A stretch of DNA of 64,000 nt from Okamejei kenojei (GCA_035221665.1 CM069141.1:41912001-41976000); one strand, 5' to 3'; positions 25,601-37,890 are shown, counted from the first letter of the stretch. Numbers and translations are program-made. Notes: generated by a model from the sequence alone, not told the origin.

Positions 25601-26649
25601 AGTTACTCCAGCATTTTGTTTCTAGCTTCCTTGTCTCCTTTTTTATTTGGAAATACCTGCATCTGTTGAAAGATCATTCAAGCACACAATTTCAGGATGC
25701 ATTGTTTTACATTCTACCAAATCAAACTCAGTGTTTCATTCCCTTGTGATTCTGTTGCTTGCAGAAGATAAACAGAGTTGTTTTTGTTGGCAACTTCCTG
25801 CGAGTCAATACACTGTCAATGAAGCTCCTGGCTTATGCATTGGACTACTGGTCGAGGGGACAGCTGAAGGCATTGTTTCTAGAGCATGAGGTACATATTT
25901 CAGTGGATGGTTTGTTATATAAAATGATACTACTGTAATCTTTTGCGTCTTATCCAAATTAAAAATGGAATTTACATTTGGTTTATAAACAAAGTGTACA
26001 CATTTGTAGGATGCATTACAATGAAATCAGATCTATGGAGTTATTCATTTGTTATGTTTCATGGTGCTCAGCTTTCAAGGTACTATCACTTTGAATAGAG
26101 CATCTGTGGAAGGAACGAACAGATGTAGTTTTCTTCAAATAAAAACTCTCGCCTGTATCTACCTAGCACTCACCAGGCTTTGGCTTGCCTCTCCTCTCTT
26201 CCTGCTTTCCCCACTCCTCCCTCCCCGCCCCACAACAATCAGTCTGAAGAAGGGCCCTGACCTTAAGCATCACCAATGCTCTTGGAGATGCTACCTGACT
26301 CGCTGAATTACTCCAACACTTTGCGTCATTTATTTGTAAACCAGTATCTCCTGTTCTTTGCATCCTCAATAGTCTCTTCCTATAGAAACCAGAATAGCTG
26401 CCTGAGACTTTTCCCATATTGCGCTCCCATGTATCTACAACTACTTATTTAATCTGTCTTTAATTCCCTGCTGTCATCTGCATGACCTGACCAAGTAAAT
26501 GTCAACTTTACAACGCAATTCCATTCCTTTATGTAATTCAGTCACATAAGTATTGAAAACTGGGGCAGAACCTCTTGTTACAGATTACATTAGTTACAAT
26601 ATTCTATTTTTCATCCAGTTACTAACAACTCCACAGCTTAGCTATCATT

Positions 26650-26694
<45 letters not shown>

Positions 26695-27569
26695 AAGTCT
26701 GCACAAATATGCGAGACTAGCTGGGTTTCGGCCAATGGCCTACATCAGTTACTGGCATTGATGTTGAAATCCACAGTCGGGGAGGTACTGGAGAGGGAGA
26801 CTAGGTTACATGAACTTCACAAGATCTTTAACTGCCTTAGATAAAACAAATTCAATATATTTTACAGTGATACATTTTTTATACTCCAAGATATTTAATC
26901 AATATATGTAGAGCAATGTCTCAGAAATAGCATAAGGAATTGAGAAGATTAATTTCAATAAGTATTGGAAACAGAACTATTTGTTGCTCACTCCCTTTGA
27001 GAAATTAATAATGCCTTTATTCTGGAATAAGATTCATCCCTCAACAAACATCACAAATATGTTTCTTGTTTTTCTCCATTTTAATTATAATACAATGGCC
27101 TTTGAACTACTTGACCTCAGTTTTTTGTGAGGGGAAAGTTCAATATTGGTTGAGTCATTACCATGGAAGGATGTAGAGGTTTGTGAGACAATAGACAATA
27201 GGTGCAGGAGTAGCAGCACCGCCATTCAATGTGATCATGGCTCACCGAGCTGTGAGGCAACTCTTTTATTAGCTGCACCAATGTGTCGACCTGTAGCAGC
27301 GAATGGTCCTTTACAAGAACAAAAGTGAGGAACAGCTGAGAACCTTTCATTAATGTGAAGGCCAAGAGGTTTCAATCTTTTCATCCCTCTACTTTTAGTG
27401 ATTGAGCAGAAACGAGCTGTGTTAAACCACAATTATCTTGGAAAACTACTGTTCTGTTAAAATATAGAAAATAAATTTCCATACCAAAGTTCTAAATGGC
27501 TTTATTTTTAAACTTCAGGGCTACTTTGGAGCAGTCGGTGCTCTGCTTGGACTTCTTAATTCCACTTAG
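7594..27569 (+). CDS. PANK3: Pantothenate kinase 3, spliced CDS join(7594-7621,15028-15380,20115-20369,20726-20902,22969-23092,25765-25890,27519-27569); 370 aa once the extra base in exon 3 is removed
   Basis: Starts [25 protein letters not shown] (PANK3-specific N-terminus) and ends [19 protein letters not shown]. All introns are GT-AG, and phases are consistent apart from the exon 3 extra base. Intronic miR-103. Confidence 0.95.
9062..9862. mobile_element. Non-autonomous TIR element (~800 bp, GC-rich) in PANK3 intron 1, superfamily unclear
   Basis: 24-bp TIR CAATAAGCCAGTTC(G/A)GTATTCCGA with one mismatch. No clear TSD. Confidence 0.7.
10035..10470 (-). mobile_element. Decayed Deu-type SINE (SacSINE1-like) interrupted by a palindromic Penelope-derived insert (10177-10385)
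   Basis: ctcaaagcactttgcagcc...tttgaagt...accagatga, then ttgaaaaataaatattagc. The insert is two inverted Penelope terminal repeats. Confidence 0.55.
10758..11340 (+). mobile_element. CR1 LINE 3' fragment
   Basis: [23 protein letters not shown]...[14 protein letters not shown]...RTRGH. 3' tail gggctgaagggcctgtttcc...ctatga. Confidence 0.9.
11900..12900 (+). mobile_element. Highly decayed L2-like LINE RT fragment
   Basis: gggctcttcaaggttcagtcctt resembles GVPQGSVLG. Surrounding sequence is pyrimidine-rich and L2-like. Boundaries are approximate. Confidence 0.4.
13200..13283 (-). mobile_element. tRNA-derived head of a V/HE1-type SINE
   Basis: ggatcgaaacccgagtctctggcactatgaggcagcaactctactactgtgccac is the reverse complement of the SINE head. 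Confidence 0.7.
14110..14497 (+). mobile_element. CR1 LINE 3' fragment
   Basis: [40 protein letters not shown]. 3'UTR tcgaagggctgaatggcctcctgcacc. Confidence 0.9.
15028..15380 (+). CDS. PANK3: PANK3 exon 2
   Basis: tttgcag|CCTTCCCCTGG...TTTCGTACG|gtaatg. 353 nt; contains DIGGTLVK and ATGGGAYKF. Confidence 0.96.
16559..16867 (+). mobile_element. tRNA-derived V/HE1-type SINE
   Basis: Box A (gtggcgcagc) and box B (gggttcgatcc), central ttcctcccacattccaaagac, CR1-like tail gaagggcctg...ctaaactaaac. Confidence 0.9.
17556..17877 (+). mobile_element. tRNA-derived V/HE1-type SINE
   Basis: Same head, core and CR1 tail as 16559-16867. Confidence 0.9.
18480..19150 (-). mobile_element. Decayed Penelope-like element with inverted terminal repeats
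   Basis: gggacccttctacagactga, a purine-rich tract, tgtagccttcccaagcagaacatgaagtg (GIY-YIG C-terminus on -), and an opposite terminal repeat at ~19020-19150. Confidence 0.6.
19235..19451. mobile_element. hAT (Charlie-like) MITE
   Basis: TIR CAGTGCTTCTTAAACT ... AGTTTAAGAAGCACT. Flanks share cttag (imperfect TSD of NTCTAGAN type). Confidence 0.7.
20115..20369 (+). CDS. PANK3: PANK3 exon 3 (one extra base at 20336-20341)
   Basis: tttcag|ATTGGTAAT...GGAACAAG|gtaaga. [16 protein letters not shown]...[20 protein letters not shown], then DHYKRVTGT in a shifted frame. Confidence 0.93.
20726..20902 (+). CDS. PANK3: PANK3 exon 4
   Basis: ttttag|TTTAGGAGGTGGAACC...GCTTCCAG|gtagga. [11 protein letters not shown]...[25 protein letters not shown]. 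Confidence 0.96.
21615..22145 (+). mobile_element. CR1 LINE 3' fragment
   Basis: [20 protein letters not shown], ..TRGHSFKV, and a CR1 3' tail. Confidence 0.85.
22969..23092 (+). CDS. PANK3: PANK3 exon 5
   Basis: cttgcag|CTTTGGCAACATG...AATGAG|gtatag. [41 protein letters not shown]. Confidence 0.96.
23649..24128. mobile_element. GC-rich TIR MITE (hAT-Blackjack-like termini) in PANK3 intron 5
   Basis: TIR CAGAGATGCCAA ... TTGGCATCTATG. CACTGTG is repeated on both flanks. Subterminal TGTCCCG and TTACGG repeats. Confidence 0.75.
24749..24832 (+). ncRNA. MIR103: microRNA mir-103 precursor (5p arm 24762-24784; mature 3p 24799-24821)
   Basis: AGCAGCATTGTACAGGGCTATGA is the miR-103-3p sequence, and the 5p arm is GGCTTCTTTACAGTGCTGCCTTG. 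Flanks pair (tctctatattttc / gaaagtacggaga). Located in PANK intron 5 as in other vertebrates. Confidence 0.97.
25415..25625. mobile_element. Palindromic Penelope-derived element (two inverted terminal repeats)
   Basis: tagacacaaaatgctggagtaactcag ... ctgagttactccagcattttgtttcta. Confidence 0.8.
25765..25890 (+). CDS. PANK3: PANK3 exon 6
   Basis: cttgcag|AAGATAAACAGA...CATGAG|gtacat. [42 protein letters not shown]. Confidence 0.96.
26140..26365 (+). mobile_element. Penelope terminal-repeat fragment
   Basis: cagtctgaagaagggccctgacc...agatgctacctgactcgctgaattactccaacactttg. Confidence 0.7.
26652..26692. repeat. (TG)20 microsatellite
   Basis: Perfect dinucleotide run in intron 6. Confidence 0.95.
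27519..27569 (+). CDS. PANK3: PANK3 exon 7 (coding part)
   Basis: aacttcag|GGCTACTTTGGAGCAGTC...[25 protein letters not shown]. Confidence 0.95.
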   Translation, partial: GYFGAVGALLGLLNST

Positions 27570-29068
27570 AACTTGAGAATTCTACATCACGGAAATGGAA
27601 GAAATATGTACAGCTGCATAATGTTTAGGGAATGGGAAACAAATGCATTCATCCAGGGATAAAAACCTGTTAAAAATCTGTGACAAAGATGAGCCACACT
27701 ACAGGCTGGTTTGTATTACTGAAGTATTCTTTCTACTTGAATTGTGAAAAATCTTATTGTTTTAATTGGGTCCAGTGTATTGGGCATTTAACCGCAGTTA
27801 GTTTCTCGTTACAATGTTCCAAAATATTTCCTTCTATTGTCACATCAACTGAAATTTTTTGGGGTTGTTAATCTAATTTTGGATTACTGTTAGCTCATTT
27901 AAATAGTCTCCATGGTACCCTTAAGCCTCTGCAGATCAAAGCTGCTTTTACAATTTTGATATCTTGGTATTAGCTGTGGATTACAGTAAAATAAGTACTG
28001 ATTTGCAGAGGTATTATGGAGAATGTGTATGTAACAACCTGGGACTGGTTATCTACCCAATGGAGAATGTTTGGAAGTTGTAAGAGTGTTTGCTTTGTAA
28101 TATAGGCGAATTTTAACATGCCTTCCTTTAGAAATAACTTGAAGATATTAGAAATAAAAATCTTCAATGTTGCCAGATTCAATGTTGGCAGCTATAACGA
28201 GAGCCCATTGTCCCGGGAAGGTCTACCTGATGTCTCTGTACGTAATCACCTAAAGTGGCTTTTATTTATTTTCTAAAGTAGTTGTTAATTTTATTTGAAA
28301 ATTTTGTATTTTATAAGGGAGAGGTGTAATTATAGCTTTGTGAAATAACGAAAAATATTTCGATCTCTAACAAGCCTTAAGCCTGTATCAGCTAAAGCTG
28401 CACAAGGTAACATCCTTGCAGAAATTGAGGACACCTAATCTTGTATATAACCTTTAGCGCCTTTAAAATAGTGCTTTCTGTTGAAGATATTGAGCGTATT
28501 TCAATGCCGAGTGCGGTGTATCTGACCATGTGGTTCCATAAACCATCAGAGCAGAGTCTGAGCAAGTTTTATGTTCGTCATCGAAACAAGTTGATTGGAT
28601 TACTCCCTTGAATGTCCTTGATGTAATCTGATTTAATATATTTATGAAATTTGTAGAGGATGTTAATTTAATTTTGTTTTTCATTGAAGAGTGCAATAGT
28701 CGTAGACTAGTGCCTTCAGGTTGATGTTTGGTAATTTCTGACTGAGTGACTGTGACATACAATAATTGCTGGAGACGCTGATAATCATTTGACAATTAGG
28801 AAAGAATGTGAGCAGTATTAATTAAATGTACCCTGATTGTGTATATTTTGCTAATTGACTGCTACTGTTAGTCAATCACCTGTACAACGATCTCGTGCCA
28901 ATTGTTCATTTAGTCTTCACACCTCACTTAGTTGGAGCATATTGCTATTCTAGTCTTCGTAAAAGAGACCATTTGCTCAATAAAATGGCCACAAACTATC
29001 TGCAGATCATAGCTTATTTTCAGAATTCCTTGTGATTTGAACCCTGAAGTTTATTATTGGCATTTAAT

Positions 29069-29387
29069 TAGTTTAGTCTAGAGATACAGCGCGGAAACAG
29101 GCCCCTTCGGCCCACCGGGTCCGCACCGACCAGCGATTCCTGCACATTAACACTATCCTATACCCACTGGGGACAATTTTTACATTTACCAAGCCAATTA
29201 ACCTACATACCTGTACGTCTTTGGAGTGTGGGAGGAAACCGAAGATCTCGGAGAAAACCCATGCAGGTCACGGGGAAAACGTACAAACTCCGTACAGACA
29301 GCACCAGTGGTCGGGATCGAACTCGAGTCTCTGGTGCTGTATTCGCTGTAAGGCAGCAACTCTATCGCTGTGCCACCGTGCCGCCCT
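29069..29387 (-). mobile_element. tRNA-derived V/HE1-type SINE
   Basis: Reverse complement of the SINE at 17556-17877. Confidence 0.9.
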
Positions 29388-30295
29388 CTGCAGCTCTCTA
29401 AACTGTAGCCTCTATGAACTCCAATTGCAAAGGGAATCCAACTAATTGTTAATAGGATTAGGACCAACTGTTTGAAGACTTGTACAATAAAATGTGAACA
29501 AAGATTAAAAACAATACAACTGAAAAATAAGCAGTGAAATTAACCTGGACCAATAGAGGCAGCATGTTGTCTGCAACTTGTAAAGAATGTTACCTTAAGT
29601 ACTTGGGATGATTGCATTTTTAATTCATTTTTGTCAGCTGCAAGTACACCATGTTTAACACTTGTGGTCCTTCCGCAATTGTTTGCGGCTTCAGAGAACA
29701 GTTAAGAGTCAACTACATGGACATTGGCCTGATCAGCTCAGAATGGCAGTTTTCATTCTGCAAAGCACATTACGGTTTTTATAGAAATCTGTCCTCCAGT
29801 CACTTTGCTTTGTATTTCTCTAATTCTACTACTATTGTGGTATAAATTAAACTTGTATTATTTTAATTATTTCAATGTCTGGATAGTAGAATGATAAGAA
29901 TTTCACAAATTGATATTTCAATGTTTTTTTCATCATTCCAATCATAAGCAATTTGTCCTTGGCCAGATTAGCTTGCTACAATGCTTTTTTTTTTAAAGGG
30001 CCACATTTTAAATTCTTATGTGAATAGCAATTTTAGGATGCATGACAAGCTAATAATGAGGCTTCTTATCGATTTTTGTTTTTTGGGCTGCTTAGTTTGG
30101 TGTTGGCATTAACTTCAGAGACAGAAAATGTGCCATTGATGTCCCAACGGTTTTTCCTGTCATTGTCCCTTTAACCAGTCAGGATTTAATTTGCTCAACA
30201 TTTTCAACTCTTAAGTTGAAAAACTTGTTCTCCTCATCTTTCTGTTATTTAAACACATGGGAAGCATTTCCCCCATTTGTAGTAGATGGGTCATC

Positions 30296-30593
30296 ACGAC
30301 GGCCACGGTGGCGCAGCGGTGGTGTGCTGCCTTGCAACGCAGGAGACCCGGGTTCGATCCCGCCCACGGGTGCTGTCTGTGCGGAGTGTGTACGTTCTCC
30401 CCGTCACCTGCGTGGGTTTTCTCCGAAATCTTCAGTTCACGCTCCAAAAACATACAGGTATGTAGGTAAATTGGCTTGATAAATATAAAAATTGCCCTTT
30501 GTGTGTAGGATAGTATTAATATGCGGGGATCGCTAGTCGGCACACACCTGGTGGGCCGAAGGGCCTGTTTCCATGCTGTATCGAAACTAAACC
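30296..30593 (+). mobile_element. tRNA-derived V/HE1-type SINE
   Basis: gtggcgcagcgg...gggttcgatcc...gggccgaagggcctgtttcc...aaactaaac. Confidence 0.9.
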
Positions 30594-33500
30594 AGAAATT
30601 AAAGGCCAATTAATACCCATTTAGCATGAATATCAAAACCAGGAGACTTTAAAATCTATTTGGAAGTATGCAATAACCCCAATATTGAAAGTGAATTTGA
30701 ACTGGAATTTTGTATATTGTGTGTAACCAGAACTAAAATTATACATGTTTTGAAATGTATTACAACATAGAAGGAAGCCATTTTGATCTATTTGTGCCAG
30801 TTCTGCTTTCTTTTTCATACTCCATTTTCCTCCCACCACATACATCTAATTCCCTACTGAAAGCCACTACCACATTTGCTTCTACAACAAATTTGCAGTG
30901 CATTCCAGTTTATGGCATTCTGCCTGCTGGCAGTCTGACTATAAACATTTCCTCCTCAGAGTATAGTTTTTCCTCTCTGATGGATTACACTCTTGTAGCA
31001 TAGTACTAGCAAAATGTGCATTGGCACATTGAAAGCATGATATAGCAGGGATTAAATAACATAAGCTGTATTTGCACAATAGCTCTATGGCTCCTTTTCT
31101 CCACCTGTTTTTAATGAACAGATGTTTGGCGATACACAATGTACAAAGGTTGTTTGGTACTGTTTAAAATCAAACTTCAAATTTAGTTCTGAATAGGTGT
31201 AGATACTATGAAAATTCATCATCTAATGTAATGGGCTTTGTTTAATGCATACAAGTTATCTTAAAATCTATCACAGCTGTATTCCTTAAGATAAACATTT
31301 GGCATATGTGGAAGAAAGAGAGTGCAATCACGTCAACTGCTTCGTGAATGAAGATTGAATTACAATCTGTACTAACCCACAGATAGAACATGAAATGAAC
31401 TTTCCAGCAACCCCACTGGCAATAAATCGTAGTAAAATGCACTGTATTTCACAGGATCCAGTGACTTAACCAGTGATCTTCTCCTTTTACTCCCAACTCC
31501 TTCCACCGCTGACCCATTCTACCTACTTGCATTTATTCTGAGCTAAAATATACGCTGCAAAGGTGTGGACACAAAAAATTATGAAAATTGAAAAATAGGA
31601 ACCTGTTCAGCAGTGTACTTGCATTGTTTTCTCTGTAAGTAAGTAACAAAATCAGGATTGGGAATTTTAGCAGTAGCTGTGTTGAGGCACAGCAGCCGAG
31701 ATCTTTTTCCAAAATGGATTTGGGTGAGTTTTGCAATGGAAAGGAATTTATCCTTGGAAGCTTGGTACTGACATTCATGAGCCCAGCCTAAAACACTTGG
31801 TCCAAAGCAACTGGTCTCTTGTCGCTAAGTGCAATTATTTAATTGCTAATGTTTGTGCGTTATCTTCCTCTTGGCGCAACAGAGTTAAAAAAATTGAGAT
31901 TTAGCTCGAGGAGATGAACCAGGTAGTAATATAAGCTATTATTGTTGTGCCTCATTAAATAGGACCTCCTTTGATTAATTTCTATAAAGTTGAATGTTTC
32001 TTCAAGTACCTAAACAATGTTCTTGTTGTTTTGAAATATTTGGACTATCCTGTTCAAATCACAAAGTCTTTCCTTAATTACCTGAATACATTTTTTTCAT
32101 ATATATTGGTGGGTAGAAATATTTAAAAAATAATTATTAATTACATGATTTGATAGACAAATGAACTAGTACCACTGCAGTAAGCGAGAAATTAAAGGAT
32201 CAGGTCTGCCATAAAGTGTATCTCAAAGAGACGAACTCCACACTATACTTATGTTTTCATTACTGCTGTTTAAATGTTTCTTTCTCTCTAATTAGCATAA
32301 TTCCAATAGCAATGCATATGAGTTTCTTTGCAAGCTGGTTTATTACTATTTTCTATTTTGAAATGTTACCTTTTGGGCAATGCTTAACTTTCTTGTGTCA
32401 CACCCTGACATCTGTGAACATCTCTAGCCTCTGACTTTGACTATAGAAAATATTCTTGTAAACTTGTCACTATAATTTCATTTCATACACTTTGGAACAT
32501 TTTTGTAAACTATTATAAAATCCTGTGTCTACCTTCGTTAAAACATTTTTTTTAAACAAAAGATTAGTGTGTAACTTCAAGCTGAGGAATAGCTTGGGTC
32601 TGCACATCCTGATTCAAGATTTGCTTAACACCCCTGCGTGTGCATCCCCGCAGGAAGTTCATGAGTATTTAAAAATGGAATGTTAGTAACATTTGGACTC
32701 TTAGGTAAAATTTAGTGGAAGATTTCCACTCTAAAGTTAAGTCTGCTGATGGTTAACTTACGACTCCTGATTAGCAGTGGCCTGAATTTTAGACTAGGAT
32801 GTAATCCAATCATCAGTACTTAGTTTACCTGCTAAAGGGTACTTGACAAGTAGTAACAATTCCCGTAAAATAATTTGAGAAAACATATTGAAGGTGGAGA
32901 GAGTAAACCTGTATAACCTTAATTATTTCATAACGCATGAAAATCATACCTAGATTTTGCCTGTGAACAATAATCCATTCTTGTGATGCATCAGTTTTCA
33001 GTCCAATAAATGCATCAATGCAGTGCTTTAAGCGTGCCAAGTTGAGTTTTAGTGCAAATGATCTTGTGCATGTATTATATCCCTGAACATGAATGTACAA
33101 GATCCAATTATGTCTGCTAGCTTCCAAATGTAACTAACCTAGGCCCGTCATTTGAATATGTAGCTGACCTGTTAAATATTTCATTATTTTGATTTGATCT
33201 GCTGTCATTTGCAGAACTCAGTAAGTGAGATCAAGTTAGCAATTTTTTTCCCTGTATACTATTGGTGCAATTTTCTTTTTAAAGGACCAAGTTGTGAAGC
33301 AGCTTTGAAAGGACCTTATTCTAAAAGCATTTTGTATTTACACTTTTCCCCTTTGATGAAATGTGCTAACCGTTAAAATGAAAAGCATATGTATTGAGAG
33401 CACGATTTGTACTGAGAATGGTCTAGTTTTTCCCAAAACGTTCACTGTCCTCAAAAGTTGACTTGTTTGCTGAGGATTCATGTAAAGTTGCTGCTGTTTT

Positions 33501-36112
33501 GTATAGAAAACTTCCATCACCCGGAGGATTAGGAAAATCATATTCCTAATGTGATTTGAGTATACCATACAGTTTAAAGTTTTATAGGATGTATTTGAAA
33601 GGGATAGATGTCACAACATTAACAAAATTTCCCATCATGTCACTTTCCTTTTTTTTTGAAGTACCTGAAGTGAAGGTGAGGTCAGGCTGGAGACAAAAAT
33701 AAATCATTGTGTTTATTGGAGCAAGCTCTGACACAATATCAGAGAGGTGTATCTTGATGTCAGAATGAGCAATTTAAAATGTGAATCTAAGCAATGGTTT
33801 AGATTCCAGGTTATCCAGCATATGTTTAAATGAACAGTTTGCTTGTTTATTGGGTTTTGTTTTGCTTTTTAAATTATCTGTATGGATTTAAATTCAATCT
33901 GTGGTAAATGATGATAAGTAATTATTATTAGTGCAGGATTATGAATGAAAGAAATAACTTAATCCAGTCATTCGTAGACATTAAAATATGAATAAATTCA
34001 TTGCTTAATCTGAATTTGAAAGAACCTGTAGTAATGTAAACAATGCAAATATTTATTGATTCATGACATTTCTGTGAGGTGTTAGCTACTGTTACCTCTA
34101 ACCCACATATTTAAAGCTATGATTTAACAGCCATTGGTTTAAAAGTCGAAAGGTACTTGCTCCTGTTCTTCCTACAAGCAATCACTAATTGTGTCCTCAA
34201 ATTCTCTTTTTTTAAACAAGATTCAGAGATATGAGTACATTTCAGCCTTGTTAACCATTTATTCAGCGACTCACTTGGAAAAATTGTAATTTAAGTGGAA
34301 TCAAGCTGTAAATTAACTAGCCTCGTTCTTGCATGGTCAAAATAATCTCATTATAGACCCATGTTGCCACCTGGTTAAAGTGTGAGGATTATGATACATG
34401 TGCTAAAGCTACCTGGTTTTTTTTAACTTTTTTTTAGCTGAGGAAGTGCACAAATACATGGCTGAATTGGAATAAAATATTATCTATTGTAAAACTTGTT
34501 AACCAATTGAATTGCTGACATTGAATTTGGATTTTTGGTGCAGTTAAACTTTGGGTAATGTTTAAAAGACAGCAAGAGGGAAAATAGCTTCCAGTAACTT
34601 TTAAGATATTCGTCTTTCTCCATCCCATGCCAAAATAGGTTAAAGTACATGTTGCATGCAATCAGTCACATAACAGAGATTATATTAATATTAACAGGAA
34701 GTTTATCGAAAGTTGTTGCTTACTCACACCTTGTAAAGATAACGTTTCTGGATAAAATTAAACATCTTGCTGATATTTTGCATTGAATAGATACTTGAAT
34801 AATTTTCTGTCTGCAGAGTTAACTCTAAGTATTGGGTCTTGCGGATGGTGGTATTATTCAAAATCCAAAACTCAACTAGAGTAGGATAGGAGCTTCATAT
34901 GCTTTGCCTTCCAGGATTTTGCCTGTTTGACCAAAAATGTAATCTTCTAAAAGCTGGATCTGATTAGCTAAGTAAAAGCTTTCAAAATTAAAAATTGACT
35001 TCTGAATTCAGGATTACATTTTTTGAAAATATACGGAATAACTTTCCAGAAAGAAACCAGTTCACAATTCTCGCGTGGGTGGCATGTCAACTTAGCCTTT
35101 GAAATCAGTCTGATAATAGGAACAAATGGATTTTTGTAAAACTTCAAATTTATAATAGCATGCAGATAAGAAGATATTGTCTTGGTGTGGAATAACAACT
35201 GAAACCTGAATTGAAACCAATAATGTATCAAATTCAGTATGTGTGTTGCCAATTTCAATAATTCCAAGAAAACTGCAGCCCCTTGTTGCCTAGGAATAGT
35301 GTGTGGTGGTGTTTTTATTTTCAGGTGTTTCCTGAAGTCTACCCTAACTCAGGGAAAATTTGGATAAATACACACGTCTTGAGTTTTCCACAGAATAAAA
35401 TAATGTGCCACCCTTGACAGTTTACAGAGTCTCGGGAACTCATTTTGGAAAGACTTCAGCCCAGGAAAATGACACTTCTCTCTTGTCGCAATTCTGAGTA
35501 TTCCAACTAAAACATCAGCTTAACCTAATTGATTAATTAATGCAATTATTGAGATGATCAGTCACCAGCTGCATGAGGTTATCAATCCAAAGCACGAATA
35601 AATTGGCCACAATGCTACGAGGAAAAGGAAGATTTGATATATAAGTATTCTACTATATTAAAAAACTTACATTTGAAATCTTTTAAATACCTAATTTCAT
35701 TGCCGTTCAGTAACTTTAGGCTAATCTGTGCTGGGTAAAGGTGCTGTTTAAATGACCTGGTATGATTATAACACACCGTTTGTACAGATATTAATAAGAT
35801 TGAGTTGTAGATTATTGTTTAACATTTTTTTAGATACAGATGTAATTTTTGCCTCGCTAAAGTTTGAGTAAACATGTTCTATAATTTGCTGCCTTCTGCA
35901 CGAGTGTGTATGTTCTGCGTATTTTTTGTATTATTATGAGGTGTCTTGCTCTTAAAAGATGGTTTACCTTTTCCTTCACTAAAACATCCAAAGGCCAAAA
36001 CTTATACTGCTAGCATTCCCATCAACCATTCTGCTACAGTCTGTTGCAGTACCTGTTGCATGATCTGATCTGTTCTTGTTTGCAGGCCACATTGTACATT
36101 TTCTGCTGATAA

Positions 36113-36118
36113 AATAAA
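36113..36118 (+). terminator. Candidate distal polyadenylation signal of PANK3
   Basis: AATAAA preceded by TGTA (attgtacatt) and followed by U-rich sequence. Confidence 0.45.
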
Positions 36119-37284
36119 ACTAATCTTTGATTTAAATCTTTGACAATTTCATTTTGTTCAGCATCTTATTACATTTGATACTAAACTCATGATATGTAGC
36201 CTGCAAATCCCTTCAATTCTAGGAAATCTCGCCCAGAGAATGGTAAAAGAAACGAGGTAATACCTTTGGAGGGGAAAGGGTGGTGGGAGGTGTGAAATAA
36301 GGTAGTGGAAGAAGCAATAAATGGAATGATATAGAGGAACAGAAAGACATTCATAGTAACTGAACTGGTAAAGAAGCTGCAATGTTATCCTTGACTAGCT
36401 GGCATATAGAATATTAGAGCATGGAGGTTATGATGGAACTCAATATTACACGTTAGATTAGATTAGATTCTTTTATTTCCCATTCAGACCTTTCGGTCTG
36501 AACAAAATTTCGGTCCCCTGCAGTCATACATATACATTTTTTTAAATGACAGAACACACAATAAACACAAATTTAACATCCACCACAGTGAGTTCACCAA
36601 ACACCACCTCACTGTGATGGAAGGCAAAGTCTTAAAGTCTTGTAATCCACAGGTAACATTCTACAGATAGTTCCAGTTGGTATGGAAAAGGTGTAATTCT
36701 ACTGGTTGCAGGCAAGATTTGTAAAAATGTTGCCTAAACTGGATAATTGTATCTAATAGATTGGATAAACTAAAATTGTTTTATACGGGACAGAAGAGGC
36801 TGACGAAAGGCTAAATGTAGGTGTTCAAAATTGAGGATTACAAGGGAGGAAGATATTTTATTCAGGATAGTCTTGACAGGGTAAACGAAGAATATAATTT
36901 TAAATCCAGTATTTGAAGGAGCCAGGGATCTAGGGAAGTCCAGCTAACTGGATACAGAATTGGCTCCATGGTAGGAACCAGTGGGTGATATCATAGATAG
37001 TAAATATGGTTATTAAAAGTTAAATTGGGGTGGGAGATTGCAACCTTCACGTGGTCTCTGTTTCGATGAATGCAATCAACCTAATGTGCACGATCAAATA
37101 GAACAAGTTGTCTTACAACTTTAAGCTGTGCACGCCACACGCAAGAAGAAAAGTAAGCTATTGATCAACTGGGAAAATGCAGTTTAATGTAGAAAGGTCT
37201 GAGGTTTCAGGAAGTCATTAATGGTGTAAGATCATTGCCAGAATCACAGTTCCAATCTGGTTTACTTGCAGCCCTACCCAAATT

Positions 37285-37890
37285 GCTGGACCAACTCATC
37301 AGGTCGGGTAGCATCTCTGAAGACAATATTTCGGGTCAGGATTTTTCTTCAGATTGATGGGGGTAGGGGGGGCAAAGCTGGAAGAAAGGAGGGGCAGGTC
37401 ATAGCCTGGCAGGTAATAGGGTGATATAGGTGAGAATGGTTTTTTAATGTGCAGATGGCTGGACCAAAGGTCAGAGATGAAAAGACGAGGTGTGAGTAAA
37501 AGGATTGAAGAGTTGCAAATTGTGAAGCTAGAGGAAAGAATGTAGGTGGAAAGGGAGGAGGTGAAAAGATATAGTTGTGAGTCCAAGTGGTGCTGAGGGT
37601 AGCGGAGAAAGAAAGGGGAGGGTTTATGTTGGGGAAGAAGGGAGGGGGGGTGGGACATCTAAAGTACTTTATAATACTTAACTAAAGTGGAGGGTTTATA
37701 TAGAAGGAAGTGGGGTGGGACATCTAAAGTACTTTATAATACTTATCTAAAGTGGATGGTTTATATAGAAGGGAGGGGGAGGACTTATCTAAAGTACTTA
37801 CAGTACTTAGCTAAAATTGGAGAATTCAATGTTCATACCGTTGGGTCGTAAACTACCCAATCAGAATATAAAGTGTTGTTCCTCCAGTTT
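37285..37890 (-). mobile_element. Decayed Penelope-like element containing a ~62-bp tandem repeat (37645-37812)
   Basis: Terminal repeat tttcgggtcagg...ttcttcaga and GIY-YIG C-terminus (attcaatgttcataccgttgggtcgtaaactacccaa). The unit ggtgggacatctaaagtactttataatactta...tttatatagaagg occurs about 2.5 times. Confidence 0.7.

Larger units (their letters stand above)
27570..36140 (+). other. PANK3: Probable long (~8.6 kb) PANK3 3'UTR
   Basis: AT-rich and depleted of LINEs relative to its flanks. Ends at AATAAA 36113-36118 followed by U-rich sequence, just before LINE-dense DNA resumes. Inferred; proximal AATAAA sites also exist (28153, 28979, 29486). Confidence 0.55.

Noticed and set aside
37645-37812. 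Repeat array that might be taken for CRISPR
   Set aside because: A simple head-to-tail tandem repeat with no unique spacers, in a vertebrate genome.
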